64,000 bases of DNA. Origin: Oligoflexales bacterium. Lineage in GTDB: Bacteria; Bdellovibrionota_B; Oligoflexia; Oligoflexales; JALZUQ01. The notes below the pieces were generated by a model. It did no database searches, had not been told where the DNA came from, and was given only the letters and a program-made list of their open reading frames with translations. The stretch spans positions 3,286 through 67,285 of the forward strand of contig JALZUQ010000013.1 in NCBI GenBank assembly GCA_023301465.1, given 5' to 3'. A program made the position numbers and the translations under genes. This document shows, piece by piece, positions 45,355-55,203 of the stretch (positions are counted from its first letter, which is position 1; each line of letters opens with the position of its first letter).

Positions 45355-47292
45355 ATGGCATCACATCAAGATAAAAGCAAACCCCTTTGGACTCCTTCTA
45401 AAGATGACATCCAAAACAGTAACTTAACGAAATTTAAAGTTTTTTTTGAAAAAAAACTGAATAAAAACATCCAAAATGACGCCGAACTTCACAGGCTCTC
45501 TGTAGAACATTATGAAGAATTCTGGACTGCTTGCATGGAGTTTCTTGAAGTACAACATCAAGGAGATTTATCACCATCAAAAATTACTGGGGAGTCTCAC
45601 TCGTTTATCGGAACAAAATGGTTTCCTAATATCAGGTTAAACTTTGCAGAAAATATGCTCAGTTCTCTCACCAACTCAAAAAACCTTATCTGTTCTTATG
45701 ATGAGATTTCTGGAGAGCAAGAATTCTCATCTGAAACACTTCGAAAAGATGTACTCAATTGGGCAAGTACCCTCAAAAAAAATGGCCTTAACTCAGATGA
45801 TGTCGTCATGGGTGTCGTCAGTAACCGCTATGAGTCTATCGTCCTTATGCTTGCAACCACTCTTTTAGGTGGAGTATGGGCTTCTTGTTCTCCTGATTTT
45901 GGCTTACAAGCTATTGACGATCGACTAGGACAAGTAGAACCAAAGTTTTTAGTTTACCACAGCAAATATGGCTACGGCGGTAAAACTTTTTCTATCATAG
46001 AGACCATTCAGAAACTTCAAGAAAAAAACCCTTGTATTCAAAAAACATGGGACCTTCATACAGAGAAACCCGAAGTCAACTCAGAATCTATACCACTAGA
46101 AAACCTCGTGGTAAAAAGACTATTTAGTGATCCTCTTTATATCATGTTTTCATCAGGAACCACTGGAAAACCAAAATGTATTATCCACTCCGTTGGTGGC
46201 ACCCTGCTTCAACATAAAAAAGAACTGATACTCCACACAAACCTAAAACCAAAAGACCGTTTATTTTATTTTACAACTTGTGGCTGGATGATGTGGAACT
46301 GGATGGTAAGCACACTAGCTTGTAGTGGGCAACTCTATTTATTTGATGGGGCCATTACGAAGCCAGACCCTCTCATCTTATGGAAGACGCTTGAAAAACA
46401 TCAAATCAAAATTTTTGGAACATCTCCTAGGTTCTTATCTTTTTGCAGAAACCAAGATATTATCCCAAAAGACCTCTTTAAGTTAAACAACCTACAAACC
46501 ATCTTATCTACTGGGGCACCATTGGATGAAGAGCTTTTTTATTGGGTTTATAAAAACATCAAATCAAATATACAATTAGCGAGTATTTCTGGTGGCACGG
46601 ATATTATATCTTGCTTTCTTCTGGGCTCTCCCCATGAACCTGTGTACGCAGGTGAGCTTCAAGCTGCTGGACTGGGAATGGATGTTGCAGCACTAAACGA
46701 TAACAAAAAAGACTGTGCTCCTGATGAATTTGGTGAACTTGTTTGTAAAAAACCTTTTGTTTCTATGCCAACAGGTTTCAAAAACGATCCTCACAATAAA
46801 AAATACATAGCCTCCTATTTTAATCATTACGAAGACATAGAGATATGGAGACATGGAGACTACTTGTGTAAAACCTCCAACGGTGGCTATAAAATCAAGG
46901 GCCGTTCAGACTCAACCCTTAACCCAAGCGGTGTTCGAATTGGTACTGCCGAGATATACAGAGTTGTTGAGTCTCTTGAATTTGTATCAGACAGTATTGC
47001 AGTTGGCCTCCCGCAAGATGGTCACGAAGTTATTGGTCTTTATATACAACTTGAAGAAAACCCACCAAACGATTGGCGTGATATCATCAAAAAAACTATT
47101 AAATCCCAACTCAGCCCAAGACACTTGCCGTCGATTATGGAGTCAGTACGGAGTATCCCGTACACCCGAAGCGGAAAAAAAATGGAGGTAATTGTCAAAA
47201 AAATTCTGATGAATACAGATAATAAAAAAATTGAGACATCGGCTGTATCAAACCCAGACTCTCTTTTGGGGTTTCATCACATTAAAAAGTGA
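45355..47292 (+). CDS. Acetoacetyl-CoA synthetase (acetoacetate-CoA ligase)
   Basis: About 645-aa adenylate-forming enzyme with PLWTPS near the N-terminus, the AMP motif MFSSGTTGKPKCI, GDY...GRSD, and the catalytic SGKK near the C-terminus. I take ATG 45355, preceded by GGAG, over GTG 45346. Confidence 0.8.
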   Translation: MASHQDKSKPLWTPSKDDIQNSNLTKFKVFFEKKLNKNIQNDAELHRLSVEHYEEFWTACMEFLEVQHQGDLSPSKITGESHSFIGTKWFPNIRLNFAENMLSSLTNSKNLICSYDEISGEQEFSSETLRKDVLNWASTLKKNGLNSDDVVMGVVSNRYESIVLMLATTLLGGVWASCSPDFGLQAIDDRLGQVEPKFLVYHSKYGYGGKTFSIIETIQKLQEKNPCIQKTWDLHTEKPEVNSESIPLENLVVKRLFSDPLYIMFSSGTTGKPKCIIHSVGGTLLQHKKELILHTNLKPKDRLFYFTTCGWMMWNWMVSTLACSGQLYLFDGAITKPDPLILWKTLEKHQIKIFGTSPRFLSFCRNQDIIPKDLFKLNNLQTILSTGAPLDEELFYWVYKNIKSNIQLASISGGTDIISCFLLGSPHEPVYAGELQAAGLGMDVAALNDNKKDCAPDEFGELVCKKPFVSMPTGFKNDPHNKKYIASYFNHYEDIEIWRHGDYLCKTSNGGYKIKGRSDSTLNPSGVRIGTAEIYRVVESLEFVSDSIAVGLPQDGHEVIGLYIQLEENPPNDWRDIIKKTIKSQLSPRHLPSIMESVRSIPYTRSGKKMEVIVKKILMNTDNKKIETSAVSNPDSLLGFHHIKK

Positions 47293-47310
47293 ATTTTTTG
47301 GAAGATCAAA

Positions 47311-48039
47311 CTACTTTAAAGACTTTTTATCATGTTGTGCAACTAAATCATCGAGCTGCAATGAAAGTTTTTGGCTTAAGTCTTGTGGTAATATATCTAT
47401 ACAATTCATCATATCAAGAATAAACGTATTTTTGACCGTTTGATAGTTATCTAAATTTTCTGTTTCTGCTTTTGCACTGTCAAAACTTTGTGTTGGTAAC
47501 TCTATCTTTTTAACCATTGCAGAAATTAAATTTTTCATAAAAGAAACTTTATCTGATTCGTCTAATTCTTTGCTTGATTCTACAATTGAATGATTTATTT
47601 GTTGATTGGTTTTTTGAAGAAAAACTAAAGTATTAAATTTATAAGTATTATTAGTTTTATCATAATTTAAAGTAAGTGTTGTATTGTTGTGTTCAACAAG
47701 ATAGCCCAATAAGCTTTGTCCATTTACTATGAAAGCATCCTGGTGATAGCCTACCTTTTTTTTGGTAATACTCGATTGATTAATAATATAAAATATCCCA
47801 TCAAATGATTGCTGATTACGAGCAACAAAGTAATCTTCTGGCAAGTTGAACTCTTCCAGCCTTATTCCAATGGGAGCGTATTTTTGTAAAAGAACATATG
47901 CAGAGTATAGCTTAGAGCTATCAGAATCTGATGAGGATACTTCATCGATAATTTGATAAGTTGATTGAATCAAAGAGGTAGATGGGGCGACACCACAACT
48001 GAAGCAGAATAAAATAACACTAAAAACCATGTGCTTCAT
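47311..48039 (-). CDS. Hypothetical lipoprotein
   Basis: 242 aa with lipobox CFSCG. No recognisable domain. Confidence 0.5.
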   Translation of the reverse strand: MKHMVFSVILFCFSCGVAPSTSLIQSTYQIIDEVSSSDSDSSKLYSAYVLLQKYAPIGIRLEEFNLPEDYFVARNQQSFDGIFYIINQSSITKKKVGYHQDAFIVNGQSLLGYLVEHNNTTLTLNYDKTNNTYKFNTLVFLQKTNQQINHSIVESSKELDESDKVSFMKNLISAMVKKIELPTQSFDSAKAETENLDNYQTVKNTFILDMMNCIDILPQDLSQKLSLQLDDLVAQHDKKSLK

Positions 48040-48100
48040 ATTTATCCTTTCAAAGTAATATTATTTATTCATAAAACTGTCTTAGCTAATAGGACTCAAT

Positions 48101-48654
48101 TTATTCTTTGAGTTCAGAACTAAGTCTTTGCACACTTCTTGATAGCGTCTCAGAATGCCAAGTTATGCTATTAAAATATGCTAAAAATTCAGCCAATTTA
48201 CCTGTAACATCATCAAACCAGCTTGTACACAACTCAGCTTGTTTTAGTACTTTTTCATTCAAACTGGTTCGACTATAAAATGCATAAATTGCTTCTAGGA
48301 GTGAAAAAACAAAGAAATTATAGATACTTGTAAGAAAATATTATTCACCAAGACTAAATAATCTCTGATATGATTAATTTCCCCGCCAAAGCATATACAA
48401 AACCAATCCTGACACTAGGTATACCCATTTCATTCTTTTTGGTTGATCCAATAAACGATTTATAAAAGAACTCGCTTGAGCCAAAGTCATAAACCAACAA
48501 AGAGAAAAAACAGCTGCCCTGCACCTAGCTTTAGCGGTTAATGTGCCACTTTGCCAATCATTTCGTAAAAGAACAAAAGGATCTTTTCTTAAATAAATTT
48601 CATTAGATTCAGATACTTATAAATAGAAAAGAACGGTGAACTGCCTATAGTCAT
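48101..48654 (-). pseudogene. Decayed gene (one frameshift plus two in-frame TAA stops) for a small membrane protein
   Basis: This 650-bp gap has no ORF of 60 aa or more. One reverse frame still reads about 170 codons with only two stops: ...LRKDPFVLLRNDWQSGTLTAKARCRAAVFSLCWFMTLAQ...LYMLWRGN*SYQRLFSLGE*YFLTSIYNFFVFSLLEAIYAFY...SRSVQRLSSELKE*. That is far fewer stops than expected for AT-rich non-coding DNA. The only ATG (48654) is in another frame. Confidence 0.35.
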
Positions 48655-48692
48655 TTCTGTGAAGTTGGTTTACTTTAAAGATTCAGATTTTC

Positions 48693-49793
48693 TTGAGGGG
48701 ACCATTGAGTAAACTCTTTCAGTTGTGGCTACAAAGTGTTTTTGGTCGACAAAAACATCAGCTCACTAAAAACATCACAAATGGAATCATGGGTGTGATG
48801 ATTCTTGGCACAGCTTATTTTGTTTTAAAAAACACCCTTGAAGGGCAACTACAACAAGTTTCTCAATCAGCATACGAAGTTGCCTCTATTTTTTTAAGTC
48901 GCCTAGGCTGTGTATTTGCGGGAATGTTTATTGCTGTAAGAATTGATGCTTCTAGCTCAGATGGTTTTAAAGAGTTCTATTATTGGCAATATGTCCCTCA
49001 AACTACCATTCAACTGTGGCTGATCGCTAGAAAAGCATTATACTTCATCTTTGCATCCACAGTCAGCGTCTTTGTACTACACTTACTTTTTCCTATTATG
49101 CCCATCATGCAAACTATCTTTATTTTTCTGGCTTCTTGTTTGGTGAGTTTCTTTTGGTTTAGAGTATCTAGATCCGCTCTTTCTAAGACTTCAACATCTC
49201 TTCCACAGTCATGGCAGTATGCCTTACTAAGACTCAAACTATTTTCTTCAGAAAAATTCTTCTTTTTCCTTGGTATTTTAATTTCTTCTCTCGTCATCTA
49301 TGTTGTTTATATTAAAAGCTTTAAGTCTATTCACGCACACTATTTGTTTGCACTTGCTATTGGTATGATTGTTTCTATCTTACAAGCCTCAGATATCGAA
49401 CGACAGCTAAAATCATCTTGGCTTGATATATTAAGCGGAAAAACACACGATCAATTTATATCGTTATTTGCTTTTAGTGGTGGTTTTCTTTCATTGCTTT
49501 TTGGAACTCTCATCTTTGTGACATATTACTTCAATACAGGAAATATGGATGGTGGGTTTAACTTAGTATTACTACCAGTTTTACCTCCAATTTTTACAGC
49601 TGTACTTTTGTTTCAAATCGACCCATCTAAAACTATTGTTTTAATTAGTTTAGTCACTCTTGTTTCATTATTCTTAGGTTCTCTTTGTATTCTACACCCT
49701 ATTGGTTACCTCGCTTCATTCATCATGGTCATGGTAGCTGCCTCTCAACAACAACACCGTCTTTATCCATACGTAGGAGAAAGAGTCACATGA
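48693..49793 (+). CDS. Polytopic membrane protein, probable permease partner of the downstream ABC ATPase
   Basis: 366 aa with about 8-10 hydrophobic helices and a TTG start. Its stop overlaps the ATPase ATG (ATGA). No recognisable family motif. Confidence 0.5.
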   Translation: MRGPLSKLFQLWLQSVFGRQKHQLTKNITNGIMGVMILGTAYFVLKNTLEGQLQQVSQSAYEVASIFLSRLGCVFAGMFIAVRIDASSSDGFKEFYYWQYVPQTTIQLWLIARKALYFIFASTVSVFVLHLLFPIMPIMQTIFIFLASCLVSFFWFRVSRSALSKTSTSLPQSWQYALLRLKLFSSEKFFFFLGILISSLVIYVVYIKSFKSIHAHYLFALAIGMIVSILQASDIERQLKSSWLDILSGKTHDQFISLFAFSGGFLSLLFGTLIFVTYYFNTGNMDGGFNLVLLPVLPPIFTAVLLFQIDPSKTIVLISLVTLVSLFLGSLCILHPIGYLASFIMVMVAASQQQHRLYPYVGERVT

Positions 49794-50491
49794 TACGTAC
49801 AGAAAAAATCACTCACCGTTTTAAAAGCGGCTTCCAACTACTCCCATGTACATTAGAGTTTCAAAATCATGAGTGCATTGCTGTACTTGGAAAGAACGGA
49901 GCTGGAAAATCTACTTTTTTCCAATTGCTTACAGGGTTTCTACCACCACTATCTGGGAAAGTATGGTTTAACGAAAAACTAATGGCCCCAAGAAACTCTG
50001 CATTAAGAAAGAATATTGGCTACCTCACTCAAAAGCTCCCATTACCAGATTGGTCTACACCTATTCAATTACTAAGGTATGTTTCCAAACTACATCAACT
50101 TGGTAACTCTGAAGATAAGATTAGGAGTATATTGGAACAATGGGAGTGCACTAGCTTTCAAAACCAACCCATTCATGGTTTTTCTCACGGCATGAAAAAA
50201 CGAGTCGGTCTTTGCGTTGCTACTTTGCACCAACCAAACTTCTTAATTCTAGACGAACCTTACTCTGGGCTTGATTTAAGCCAAAATCAAAATTTATCAA
50301 AGTTTATTAGCAACCGGACTAAACGGAATCAAACCATACTTTTAAGCACACACATTATTCCATATGCTGCTGAATTGTGTGATCGAGCAATCTTCGTAGA
50401 CAATGGAAATATTCAAGAAATATCAAAATGGAAATCTTGGGATTTCCAGACAAGAATGACGAGAATTAAAGAAATGGTAGAAAACTCATGA
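49790..50491 (+). CDS. ABC transporter ATP-binding protein (ABC-2/DrrA-like, single NBD)
   Basis: I take ATG 49790 (MIRTEKITHRF...). Walker A is GKNGAGKST, the signature variant is FSHGMKKRVGL, and Walker B is FLILDEP. Confidence 0.85.
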   Translation: MIRTEKITHRFKSGFQLLPCTLEFQNHECIAVLGKNGAGKSTFFQLLTGFLPPLSGKVWFNEKLMAPRNSALRKNIGYLTQKLPLPDWSTPIQLLRYVSKLHQLGNSEDKIRSILEQWECTSFQNQPIHGFSHGMKKRVGLCVATLHQPNFLILDEPYSGLDLSQNQNLSKFISNRTKRNQTILLSTHIIPYAAELCDRAIFVDNGNIQEISKWKSWDFQTRMTRIKEMVENS

Positions 50492-52218
50492 GTAGTCCAT
50501 TAAAAAAAATCACCAAGGACTATGCTTATCCACTTTGGAAATGGTACTTGGCTGGGATTGTAGCACTAGCAATTACCAACTATGTGACTTTGGTCATTCC
50601 AGATATTGCAAAATCTATCGTTAATATTCTTCAAAGTGCTAAATCTATCACTGATATACAACAGCTTGCACTAACAATGATTGGACTTGGTGTTTTCTTA
50701 ATATTTATTCGAACCATTTCAAGACTTATGCTTTTTTGGCCAGGACGTGTCATAGAAGCCAAAGTAAAAGAAAATGTGTTATCGAGCTTGATTCAATGCA
50801 AAGACGAAGCTTTCTACAAATTAAAATTTGGTGACCTTATTTCACGAGGAGCGAATGATGTCGGTAATGTTCGTGCTCTTTACTCATTTGCGTACCTACA
50901 GTTTTTAAACTTATTTTTCCTCATTATCTTTGCAGTTTGGCATATGACTAGTATCAATGGAAAACTAACGATTGCAGCACTAAGTCCATTGCTTCTTATG
51001 GGTTTTTTAGGAAAATACATATTACCACTTATGCACAAGTACTCTAAAATACAGCAGCAAGAAATAGCTGCATTGACCAATAGTGTTACTGAAACTTTTG
51101 CAAATATTCACTCCATCAAAACCCAAAACCTAGAGAAACACTTTTTAGACTTGAGTGAAGACAAGAATGCTCGGCTTGAAAAGATCAACATTAAACTTGC
51201 TGCAGTGAGAAACTTTTTTTGGCCATTACTTATCGGTCTTCAAAACCTCTCTCTATTGGTTGTCTTGTTCTATGGTGGTAGATTAGTAATTTCTAATCAA
51301 ATTAGTTTAGGTGATATTCTTGCCTTTAATATGTACATTGCATTGCTTAGCTTTCCTTTGACTGCCATCGGGTTTGTCCTTGGGATTTATCAACGCACAA
51401 GAGTGTCAGCAAAAAGGTTAGTAGAAGTTCTATCATTAGAAAAAGAAAAAAACGTAGGCAATCCCCCCAAAGACAATGCAGAAATTGCAATTCAAGTAAA
51501 AGAATTAAATTTTTCTTATGATTCAAACACGAAAGTCCTACAAGATATTTCTTTTGAACTAAAAGCAGGGCAAAGACTTGGCATATATGGACCTATTGGA
51601 TCAGGGAAGTCTACATTACTTCGTATGCTATCAGGCTTACAAAAACAAAATTCTGGGAACATTCATATTTGCGAGCAAAACATTGAAGATTACTCGCTTC
51701 CTGATTTAAGAAAAACGGTCCTTTTTTGCCAACAAGAATCTGTGTTTTTATCTGCTAGCATCAAAGAGAATCTGGACTTAGGCCATGATTTCGATGATCA
51801 TCAACGCGATAAAGCCACCGAACAAGCACAACTGAAGCGTGATATCTCACAGTTTGAAAACGGTATAGATACACAAATTGGTGAACACGGATACAAGCTT
51901 TCTGGTGGACAAAAACAACGTTTATCCCTCGCCAGGACTCTATTACGATCTAATTTACCAGAGACTCAAATTATTTTACTCGATGATATTTTTTCGGCCT
52001 TAGACCATGAAACGGAACAACTTATTATTAAAGAATTTGACAGTATAAAGCATAGCACTGTCATTGCCACTCACAGATCTTCTATTCTCAAAACTTGTGA
52101 CCGCGTTATCTTTTTTGATCATGATGGGAGAGTTATCGAAAACACTAGTGACCCACAAGCAATTTCAAAAAGGCTACAGGACATTGACTATTCTGCTCCA
52201 AAGGAGAACAAGTCATGA
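50488..52218 (+). CDS. ABC exporter half-transporter (TMD-NBD), subunit 1 of a heterodimer
   Basis: 576 aa with six TM helices followed by an NBD. Walker A is GPIGSGKSTLL, the signature is LSGGQKQRLSLAR, and Walker B is ILLDDIFSALD, with Asp at the catalytic-Glu position. Confidence 0.9.
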   Translation: MSSPLKKITKDYAYPLWKWYLAGIVALAITNYVTLVIPDIAKSIVNILQSAKSITDIQQLALTMIGLGVFLIFIRTISRLMLFWPGRVIEAKVKENVLSSLIQCKDEAFYKLKFGDLISRGANDVGNVRALYSFAYLQFLNLFFLIIFAVWHMTSINGKLTIAALSPLLLMGFLGKYILPLMHKYSKIQQQEIAALTNSVTETFANIHSIKTQNLEKHFLDLSEDKNARLEKINIKLAAVRNFFWPLLIGLQNLSLLVVLFYGGRLVISNQISLGDILAFNMYIALLSFPLTAIGFVLGIYQRTRVSAKRLVEVLSLEKEKNVGNPPKDNAEIAIQVKELNFSYDSNTKVLQDISFELKAGQRLGIYGPIGSGKSTLLRMLSGLQKQNSGNIHICEQNIEDYSLPDLRKTVLFCQQESVFLSASIKENLDLGHDFDDHQRDKATEQAQLKRDISQFENGIDTQIGEHGYKLSGGQKQRLSLARTLLRSNLPETQIILLDDIFSALDHETEQLIIKEFDSIKHSTVIATHRSSILKTCDRVIFFDHDGRVIENTSDPQAISKRLQDIDYSAPKENKS

Positions 52219-53933
52219 TTCGTGATTTTAAACGCCTCAAAACAACTTGGAGTTTCTTCGGCAGCAAGAAAAAACTCGTTTATATTTGCTTCATCATGCT
52301 ACCTATCATTGCAATTTTTCAAGCTGTTCCTCCTCACTTACTAAAATATGCAATTGATCTAGGCATGCAAAAAAGCGACTATTCAACACTTTCATTTTAT
52401 AGTTTATTATTCTTTGTTACTGCCATTATCGAGTATGCAAGTCGAGGCGGACTCAGCTACCTTGCATCTGTTGCTGTACAGGCAATGATTGCCAATATGA
52501 GAATGCATGTTATCAACCACCTCATGAGTCAATCCTCAAGCTTTCATGATAAAAAACTAAGTGGTGCACTTGTCACGAGAGCAACTAGCGACTTTGATAA
52601 TTTATCAGAATCACTGAATCAAGGCCTTCTTAGCAGTGTCGTCGATATTTTTGTCATTATTTCCTGCGGTGTGGGCATGTATCTACTAAGCCCAAACCTC
52701 ACTTTGTATGTTATCGGAGTAGTTCCAATTGTAGTTGTTACGATTTATTTTTTCTCGAAAGCAGTAAAAAAATCTATGCTTAGTGCAAGGTCTCACCTTG
52801 CAAGTGCTAATGGTTTTTTTCAAGAGTCTCTGACTGCACGAGAGATGATTAAACTCATGTCGGCATCAAAGTACGTTTATTTAAAATATAAAAACAAAGT
52901 AAACGAGTTTAGAAACAAACAAATGGAAAGTGTCATTTATGATGCAACTTTATTCTCGATTGTCCACGGCATCTCAGCCATCACACTAGGCTTTGTTTTT
53001 TGGTTGATTGCAAAAAACCAAAACCTACTTGGAGAACTAAGCATTGGTGTTTTTATCGCATTTGCACAATATATACGCCAGTTCTTTGAACCCATCAAAC
53101 AACTCAGCTCAAAAATTGCTATGCTTCAAGGAGTCTTTACGTCTCTACAAAGAATAGAAGATGTTTTAAGTTATGAAGATTATGTTGAGGGCAATCAAAA
53201 AATCACAAAACCAGTGAGTGGTATCGAATGTAAAAATTTAAATTTTAGCTATGACACCGCACCTATTTTAAATCAGATCAGTTTTAGTGTCAGCCACGGA
53301 AAATCATTAGCACTTGTCGGACGCACGGGTTCTGGAAAATCTACCGTCATGAGAATTCTTAGCAAACTCTATGATAACTATAGCGGCCAGATTCATATTG
53401 ATGGACATGACCTTAGGACTCTAGACCCTTTTGAAGCAAGAAAGCATTTTGGGATTGTTTCTCAAGAAGTCGTCATGTTTGAGGGAAGTATCGCATTTAA
53501 TATTTGTGGAATGAGTAAAAGAGATGACCATAAACTCAACCAACTCGCTAAAGATATTGGTTTGGATCGCATCATTACTAGATTGCCTGAGGGGTGGGAT
53601 AGTGAAGTTGATTATGGCGGAAAGAATTTTTCTCTTGGTGAGAGACAATTATTTGCTTTTGCAAGAGCACTCTACAAAGACCCTCAGTATATTATTTTAG
53701 ATGAAGCAACAGCATCCATTGACCCAGAGTCAGAAAAACTTATAGAAGTAGCAACTAAAAAAATCCTTCAAAACAAAACAACGATTGTAGTTGCTCACCG
53801 CCTTAACACGATAAAAGCCTGTGACCATATCATTTTGCTGGATAACGGTAGAATTGTAGAAGAAGGAAGCTATGGAGAGTTGATTGCCAAAGGTGGAAAA
53901 TTTCACCATTTGGCCGATCATGCACTAACTTAG
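52215..53933 (+). CDS. ABC exporter half-transporter (TMD-NBD), subunit 2 of a heterodimer
   Basis: 572 aa. Walker A is GRTGSGKSTVM, the signature is the non-canonical FSLGERQLFAFARAL, and Walker B is IILDEATASID. It overlaps subunit 1 by 4 nt. Confidence 0.9.
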   Translation: MIRDFKRLKTTWSFFGSKKKLVYICFIMLPIIAIFQAVPPHLLKYAIDLGMQKSDYSTLSFYSLLFFVTAIIEYASRGGLSYLASVAVQAMIANMRMHVINHLMSQSSSFHDKKLSGALVTRATSDFDNLSESLNQGLLSSVVDIFVIISCGVGMYLLSPNLTLYVIGVVPIVVVTIYFFSKAVKKSMLSARSHLASANGFFQESLTAREMIKLMSASKYVYLKYKNKVNEFRNKQMESVIYDATLFSIVHGISAITLGFVFWLIAKNQNLLGELSIGVFIAFAQYIRQFFEPIKQLSSKIAMLQGVFTSLQRIEDVLSYEDYVEGNQKITKPVSGIECKNLNFSYDTAPILNQISFSVSHGKSLALVGRTGSGKSTVMRILSKLYDNYSGQIHIDGHDLRTLDPFEARKHFGIVSQEVVMFEGSIAFNICGMSKRDDHKLNQLAKDIGLDRIITRLPEGWDSEVDYGGKNFSLGERQLFAFARALYKDPQYIILDEATASIDPESEKLIEVATKKILQNKTTIVVAHRLNTIKACDHIILLDNGRIVEEGSYGELIAKGGKFHHLADHALT

Positions 53934-54565
53934 GTATTCAGTAATTCTTTTAATTCCCTCATGAACTCTACGCTGTCTGTCAAAGACAATAACTGTTCTC
54001 TATGAGATAGAATTCTACCTTTCACTAAACTTTGCATAGGCAATGCCCTCCAAGCAATAAGCTCATTCAAAGACTCACCATCTCCACGAGCAATGTCACG
54101 TTTCAGTGTGTCTTCGTTAACTAATATAAAAGAAGAAACAGAACCACGCGATCGATCGATCAACATCTCAGAAGGGTTTTCAGAAAGTCCTGTTGTTAAA
54201 TCTACTAAATACGATTTTGGAGAAAACTCAAGTAATGTCCCTGTTCCTGCATCAGTGGCAAATGACAAAGCTCCAAATGTTGTAAAAACAAATCCCAGAT
54301 TCCAAAGAGCTGTTTTATTAATATTTTTACGTAATGAAAATCTCTTAGTCTTATAGCCTTCTTTTTTTACAGTCACAAAAGTTTCTTGAAAAGTAACACT
54401 CCTAACAGAAAAACTTACCGGTGCTTCTCCAATCTTATTGCCATCCACATAAACGATTGCTCCTACTGGTTCAGAAGCAATCGTTACTTCATCACCTTTT
54501 TCAGAAAATATGGTGGCACAACTTACTTGCATCAACAAAATGAAATACAACACTAGTCTCTTCAT
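53930..54565 (-). CDS. PEGA-domain lipoprotein
   Basis: 211 aa with lipobox MQVSCA. The N-terminal PEGA-like strand pattern is VTIASEPVGAIVYVDGNKIGEAPVSFSV. Confidence 0.65.
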   Translation of the reverse strand: MKRLVLYFILLMQVSCATIFSEKGDEVTIASEPVGAIVYVDGNKIGEAPVSFSVRSVTFQETFVTVKKEGYKTKRFSLRKNINKTALWNLGFVFTTFGALSFATDAGTGTLLEFSPKSYLVDLTTGLSENPSEMLIDRSRGSVSSFILVNEDTLKRDIARGDGESLNELIAWRALPMQSLVKGRILSHREQLLSLTDSVEFMRELKELLNT

Positions 54566-54750
54566 GGATTCTCCATTAATAAGTAATCATCCCATCATAC
54601 TAAAACCTTAATGAATCACTGTCCAGTCACATCAAAAAACCACCAACCATGTGCAACACAAGGCTTTCATGAAAATAACTCGGTCAAAATGTTGATATTG
54701 ATATGAATGATATGTTAAAAAAAATCTTAGGAAACTAAAGAGATATTTAA

Positions 54751-55203
54751 ATGAAAGATATTTTGATTCAAAGTGCAAAGAGTTCTGAGGTTCTTGAACT
54801 AAGGCATCAAGTATTAAGGCCACACCAAAATATTGGTGAATGTGCCTACGGAGTTGATGATCTTCGAGAAACCAAGCATTGGAAAGCATGTAACCATAAA
54901 AATGAAATTATTGGAATCATCACGCTCTTTCCAGAACAATTAGACAAAAACTCAACATCTCAAGGATACCGAATAAGAGGCATGGCCGTCTCTCCTCAAG
55001 CACAAGGATTAGGGGTGGGGGCGTTATTGTTAGATCATGCATTAAAAGATCGTGAGCTTTCATCAGAAGGATACGTCTGGTGCAACGCAAGAAACACTGC
55101 AATTGGTTTCTACAAAAAAAATGGTTTTAAGGTTTTTGGTGAGCCTTTTGATATACCCGGTATTGGTGAACATTTTATTGCAAAAAGACTGATTAAAGAA
55201 TGA
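54751..55203 (+). CDS. GNAT-family N-acetyltransferase
   Basis: 150 aa. The acetyl-CoA-binding motif is IRGMAVSPQAQGLGVGALLLDHAL, and ...FYKKNGF is motif B. Confidence 0.85.
   Translation: MKDILIQSAKSSEVLELRHQVLRPHQNIGECAYGVDDLRETKHWKACNHKNEIIGIITLFPEQLDKNSTSQGYRIRGMAVSPQAQGLGVGALLLDHALKDRELSSEGYVWCNARNTAIGFYKKNGFKVFGEPFDIPGIGEHFIAKRLIKE

Noticed and set aside
54632-54889. 85-aa minus-strand ORF overlapping the start of the GNAT gene
   Set aside because: It overlaps the well-supported acetyltransferase and its upstream region. It has no motif and an atypical composition.
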